Source of the DNA: Octopus vulgaris
Taxonomy: Eukaryota
DNA: 64,000 nt
NCBI GenBank assembly: GCA_951406725.2
Contig: OX597828.1
Location: 7,874,001-7,938,000 of the forward strand
Reading direction: 5' to 3'
The notes beneath the pieces are model-generated. The model ran no database searches. It saw only the letters and a list, made by a program, of their open reading frames with translations, and was not told the DNA's origin. Below are positions 57,421 to 64,000 of this stretch, in pieces. Position 1 is the stretch's first letter. Every line of letters starts with the position of its first letter. A program made the translations under genes and the position numbers.

Positions 57421-57583
57421 AATTATAGTTTTGCATGAAATTAATAATGTTAAATGATGTGTGTTACGAAACGGTTGTTAGTACAGGGGATTCGTAGAGA
57501 AAAATAAACGCACCTTCATCTCTCATATCTCCTGGCTTTATGCTTTACACACACACACTCAAAAGCACCAGAAGAATATATAG

Positions 57584-57799
57584 AAGTGGCAGTGTCGTAA
57601 GTTGCTTGTTTACCAACCACATGGTTCCCGATTCAGTCCCTCTGCGTGGCACCTTGGGCAAATGTCTTCTATATAGCCTCGGGTCGACCAAAGCCTTGTG
57701 AGTGAATTTGGTAGACGGAAACTGAAAGAAACCCATCGTATTTTATATATATATATATATATGTGTATGTGTGTGTTTGTGTCTCTATGTTTGTTCCCC
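57584..57799 (+). mobile_element. SINE family B, 5' half
   Basis: Matches 60663-60890 and stops at the LINE junction. Confidence 0.85.
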
Positions 57800-58799
<1,000 letters not shown>

Positions 58800-58800
<1 letters not shown>

Positions 58801-58842
58801 TAGTTTCAGCTCATGAGCTGTGGCCATGCTGGGGCACCGCCA
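58800..58842 (-). mobile_element. Very short retroposon 3' end related to the family-B tail
   Basis: GGCGGTGCCCCAGCATGGCCACAGCTCATGAGCTGAAAC; similar fragment at 45183-45220 (+). Confidence 0.6.
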
Positions 58843-59734
58843 TTTATTATTATTATTATTATTATCATTATTATTATCATTATAACTATCATTATTACTA
58901 TTAAGTTTTATTTTTTAGGGTCGGACGAAAGGAATCCAAAACCTGGTCAAAATTTGTTAGCAACTATCAAATGTATAAGAAATGATTTCAAGAATTATGA
59001 ATGAATGTTTCAACATGAATTTACAAAGTTAGGAGAGCCTCTGTTCGTAGTCACGGAACAAATATTGATCTGTTTCGTGTTTGTTTCGTCTCTTAAGCAC
59101 ATCGCTTCGTAGCTGCTGTTCTGTTAGCACTGAGCGCTTCTGACTAGTGTGATAAAAGACAAAAATATTTCGGACGCAACCAAGAATTATTTCTACTTTG
59201 CTCCCAAACATTCCATTATTTTTTACGATGGTAGAATGTAGTTACCATAACACAGATTTAACGAGAATCGGTATTCAACCTCTTTTTGTACCACTCTCAT
59301 TTCGATAAAAAGAAACCTTATCATGAGGCCACTATGAGCGGAAATTTTAGTATATAACATATATATCCAAAAGATGTTTTTAATTCTAAATTTTATTACA
59401 AGATTTATCGAATAGTTACGTATTTATACCCCATTCTGAAATTCCACTCCATGCGAAGATACTGCCACGGCATAGGTTGATCGCTACCTTGAGAGACAAA
59501 CACTTATTTAGACGAACTGACGAGCTTGTAGATTTTACCATGTATTATTCAGATATATTTAGTAAGTTAATTACTAGTGATATGTATAATTCGGTCTGCA
59601 TCACTCCAAATTATGAGACAACAGAATATGGCTGAAACTACATGTCTCAAGCAAATAAATTCAGTCTGGTGATCACATCTCCATATACACACACTAACAC
59701 GCACATATCTTCATTTAGAAAAGCATACGTAGGT

Positions 59735-59792
59735 AGACATACACATACATACATACATGCAACATACATACATACATACATACATACATACA

Positions 59793-59826
<34 letters not shown>

Positions 59827-60118
59827 CAGACACACACACACACAGAGATTAGGAGGCATACACATTCATACATGCATACATACATACATACATGCATACA
59901 TACATACATAAATACATATATACAGACAGACACACACACACACATAGAGATTAGGAGGCATACACATACATACACGCATACATAAATACATACATACATG
60001 CATACATACATACACGCATGCATACATACATACATAGATACATACATACATACATACATACACGCATACATACATACATATATACAGACAGACACACACA
60101 CAGAGATTAGGAGACATA
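59735..60118. repeat. (CATA)n field with a three-copy higher-order unit
   Basis: AGAGATTAGGAGRCATA recurs near 59843, 59946 and 60102. Confidence 0.85.
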
Positions 60119-60662
60119 GACGTACACGAAAATGATATATTATAGTAAGATTGCACTATAAATGTACGATATTCTCCATCATAATTTAATTTTCCACTTC
60201 CACGTCAAATTCGTTTCCTCATTTCAACCTTTTCCTTCTCCTCACCCCTCCTCTCCCTATTTCTCCGTCTCCGTCTTCCTCATCTTCTTTTTCTTCTTGT
60301 CTTCGTACAATCCAACATCATAACGTAGGCGTGCACCCGTTAGACAGGCGTGTCTGTGTATGTATACATATGCATAAATATATATACGTATACTTACATA
60401 AACGCACACACACATACACACACGCGCATACACACACAAACACACACACACACACACAAATACACATGTGTAGTCACATACACCACGCACTCACACTCAA
60501 ACCTAGTCGACATGCAAATCCACATCTGCTGGTTGAGTGCTCACTGTAAATACGAACTTACCCAACCATTGGAGTTCAAATCCAGCAGGGAATAAGTCTT
60601 ATTAAAAAGAAGAGGAATCCTCATTAAAGCATTAGATTGTCTTTCAATTTGAAAATATTCAC

Positions 60663-60837
60663 AGGCGTACGAGTGGCTGTGTGGTAAGTAGCTTGCTTAC
60701 CAACCACATGGGTCCGTTCCAGTCCCACTGCGTGGCACCTTGGGCGAGTGTCTTCTACTATAGCCTCGGGTCGACCAAAGCCCTGTTAGTGAATTTGGTA
60801 GACGGAAACTGAAAGAAGCCCGTCGTATATATGTGTG

Positions 60838-60870
<33 letters not shown>

Positions 60871-61085
60871 ATGTTTCTGTGTTTGTCTCCCCAACATCGC
60901 TTGACAACTGATGCTGGTGTGTTTACGTCCCCGTAACTTAGCGGTTCGACAAAAGAGACCGATAGAATAAGTACTAAGCTTACAAAGAATAAGTCCTGGG
61001 GTCGATTTGCTCGACTAAAAGCGGTGCTCCAGCATGGCCGCAGTCAAATAACTGAAACAAGTAAAAGAGTAAACGAGTAAAAGAG
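60663..61085 (+). mobile_element. SINE family B, full length
   Basis: Complete head, body and tail. Confidence 0.92.
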
Positions 61086-61299
61086 GTGGCACACAAGTGC
61101 CCCGTTCCATAGCTATCCGATGTTTTAAAAATATGTTTGTAATTGAATATTAATTGGAATTGTATAAAACATTTTGTGTAATGTAGAAGTTGACCTGTTT
61201 CTTGCACATAAATTTTAACAACGAAACTTTATATGTACCGCTTAAACCACTAATATACATGAACAATAAACATGACATCTCGTATGTAATTACATTAAC

Positions 61300-61490
61300 A
61301 GGGATTTCGAATTTTGGCACAAGGCCTGAAATTTCAGTGGAGTGGGTAAGTCGATTACATCGACCCCAGTACTCAACTGGTAGTGATTTTAACCTCCCCG
61401 AAAGAATGAAAGGCAAAGTCAACATCGGTGGAATATTTAAATGCTTCCAAGTATTTTGGTCGGTGTGCTCATTCTGCCAGATCACTGCCA
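61300..61490 (-). mobile_element. SINE family A, diverged
   Basis: Core is recognisable. Confidence 0.7.
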
Positions 61491-61520
61491 TTATAATTAT
61501 ATAAATATTACTAGCAGAAC

Positions 61521-62245
61521 TCGCCGAGGTCTACTTTGCCTCTCATCCTTTTGGGGTCGATGAAATAAGTACCAATTACGCACTGGGGTCGATGTAATAG
61601 ACTATCCCCCTTCCCTCAAAATTTTCGAGGCCTTGTGCCTACAGCAGGAATAATTGTTAAGGCAGCGAGCTGGCAGAATTGTTAGCACGCTGGGTGAATT
61701 GCTTAGCGCTATTTCGTCTGGCGCTACGTGCTGAGTTCAAATTCCGCAGAGGTCGACTTTGCCTTTCATCCTTTCGGGGTCGATAAATTAAGTACCAATT
61801 ACGCACTGGGGTCGATATAATCGACTTAAAACGTTTGTCTGTCCTTGTTTGTCCTATCTGTGGTTAGCCACTTGTGGGTAGTAAAGAAATAGGTATTTCG
61901 TCTGCCGCTACATTCTGAGTTCAAATTCCGCCGAGGTTGACTTTGCCTTTCATCCTTTCGGTGTCAATAAATTAAGTACCAGTTACGCACTGGGGTCGAT
62001 ATAATCGACTTAATCCGTTTGTCGGTCCTCGTTTGTCCTCCCTGTGTGTAGCCCCTTGTGGGTAGTAAAGAAATAGGTATTTCGTCGGTCTTTATGTTCT
62101 GAGTTCAAATTCCGCCGAGGTCGACTTTGCCTTTCATCCTTTCGGTGTCGATAAATTAATTACCATTTGCGTACTGCAGTTGATCTAATCAACTGGTCCC
62201 TTCCCCAACAATTTCGGGCCGTGTGCCTAGATTACAAAAGTAAAG
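61521..62245 (+). mobile_element. Family-A SINE array: truncated monomer plus three-body copy, within 17-bp direct repeats
   Basis: Four core copies; AATATTACTAGCAGAAC at 61504-61520 and 62246-62262. Confidence 0.9.
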
Positions 62246-62535
62246 AATATTACTAGCAGAACCATCAGCTTCACCCAGCTGTTTTATAGTGGAGTGGAGA
62301 ATAGGACGGTTATTTGGCTATGTCCTTAGAGCAAAGGATAACTATGCTATATTCAAAGATCAAAGTACGTATCCCATCGAGTTCAAATTTGCCTTCCATC
62401 ACACTAGGGTATATAAAATACCGTTCTAGACAGGCACAAGGTTGCTGCAATGGAGAAATCTTCTCGTGTGTAAAGTCCAGGGATGTGTGCTTTTATGTAG
62501 GTATGTATAACGTATATATGTATTACGTATATATG

Positions 62536-62605
<70 letters not shown>

Positions 62606-62612
<7 letters not shown>

Positions 62613-63086
62613 TTGTATACTGTCAACTTAACGTGACAGTCCCGTAAGACTTCGTAGATATATATATTTTTTTTCAGTGAAATTCATTCACTGATCACCA
62701 AAATCAGAAATATTAAATTTCTAAATATCTCATAGAGATATGTGCGGTGGTGGAGCGATAGAAAAAAAAATGTTTACGAAGTCTAGACAAATATCTTCAG
62801 CTAGCAGGCCTTGCTACTCTAGACCGATGATGGGCAAGACCCTGAAACATGCATGTATCTAGATGCAGGCCTAGCTGTTGTGGGTGTTTGTCTCCCCTTC
62901 GTAAATATATAAGGGCACAGGAAATGTGTCAAGGCCGACAGAAAGCGTCGATGCTTCCTAGGGATAAATAGCTGTGGTGTAATTCCCTTACGGGACTGTC
63001 TCGTTAAGTTGACAGTATACAACCACTCTATCGCTCCACCACCGCACATATCTCTATGAGATATTTAGAAATTTTATATTTCTGAT
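62606..63086. mobile_element. Rearranged fold-back element carrying a hammerhead ribozyme (Penelope/retrozyme-like)
   Basis: Inverted pairs 62606-62648 / 62987-63029 and 62704-62762 / 63027-63086, with a hammerhead fold between them. Confidence 0.7.
62818..62863 (+). ncRNA. Type I hammerhead ribozyme (U4C core variant)
   Basis: Stem I TCTAGA/TCTAGA; core CCGATGA; stem II (T)GGG-CAAGA-CCC(T); GAAA; palindromic stem III ACATGCATGT; GUA cleavage triplet ending at 62857. Confidence 0.75.
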
Positions 63087-63115
63087 ATATATATATGTAT
63101 GTATATATGTATGTG

Positions 63116-63166
<51 letters not shown>

Positions 63167-63378
63167 ATATATTTATTTATATACATATATATATACAAGT
63201 CTGTGTGTGTTTGTATGTGTGTGCGTTTATGCACGCGCTGTGTGTATGCGTAAACGAATGTACGATTGTCTATGTAAAATTTCTCTGAGCACATGGAATT
63301 ACATTTTGCAATGTATGCTTTCCCGATTCCAAAATGCCACCATGTATTTTGATGAAATCTCCTTGATATGTCTATGTA

Positions 63379-63609
63379 TTTCTTTACTACCCACAAGGGG
63401 CTAAACACAGAGGGGACAAACAAGGACAGACAAAGGGATTAAGTCGACTACATCGACCCCAGTGCGTAACTGGTACTTAATTTATCGACCCAGAAAGGAT
63501 GAAAGGCAAAGTCGACCTCGGCGGAATTTGAACTCGGAACGTAACGACAGGCGAAATACGGGTACGAATTTCGCCCGGCGTGCTAACGTTTCTACCAGCT
63601 CGACGCCTT
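63379..63609 (-). mobile_element. SINE family A monomer with TSD
   Basis: Full head and core; CCTTGATATGTCTATGTA at 63361-63378 and 63606-63623. Confidence 0.92.
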
Positions 63610-64000
63610 GATATGTCTATGTAGCAGATTACTTCTCCATGCAGAAGCACATATTTGTTTCCTAGGCATCCACATTGCGAGCCTAACACACTGAAGTTCG
63701 TTCAAGAAACCCTGGTACGTTTTATGCTAAGAGAACGTTTGATGTAGCTATAGTTCTTTTATTTATATTAATAAACAAATTTTTAAAATATGAATCATGT
63801 AAAAAAGAAAACAAATATGGCGTAAAATTGTATGACATAAAACATATTCTGAATTGCATTTGCTTTCAATTCGGAGTGCCGTTTTTCACTACTCGCTACT
63901 CAAGCTTTTCAGCAAACTATTTCCCCTCTGATAGAAGCAATAATTTGTCTACATATTATGAAGCCATTCGCATATAGTTGAAATATTTCACTTGAAAGAG

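Noticed and set aside
61659-62245. Regularly repeated units resembling a CRISPR array
   Set aside because: Units are whole SINE bodies without unique spacers, there are no cas genes, and the context is eukaryotic

Overview
AT-rich eukaryotic DNA, dense in microsatellites and transposon relics. The SINE, LINE and microsatellite complement resembles octopus (coleoid cephalopod) genomes; that assignment is an inference. I found no host protein-coding exon, true tRNA/rRNA gene or CRISPR array, and most ORFs in the track are translations of (TA)n, (CA)n, (AAT)n or SINE sequence. Supported content: (1) about 25 copies of four tRNA-derived SINE families, labelled A-D here; (2) decayed non-LTR retrotransposons of the Dong/R4-type, RTE, L1/Tx1 and Penelope GIY-YIG kinds; (3) mariner, piggyBac-like and Helitron-like relics, plus MITEs. 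The most notable signal is a set of type I hammerhead-ribozyme folds of the Penelope/retrozyme kind. One is near-canonical (62818-62863) and lies inside a scrambled inverted-repeat element. Relics occur at 20197-20245, at 49071-49112 and in a three-copy short element, in the same window as a Penelope GIY-YIG relic. A SINE-derived 123-bp fold-back with a strong G-U bias (4381-4696) is also notable. Coordinates were read by eye and element ends may be off by a few bases.
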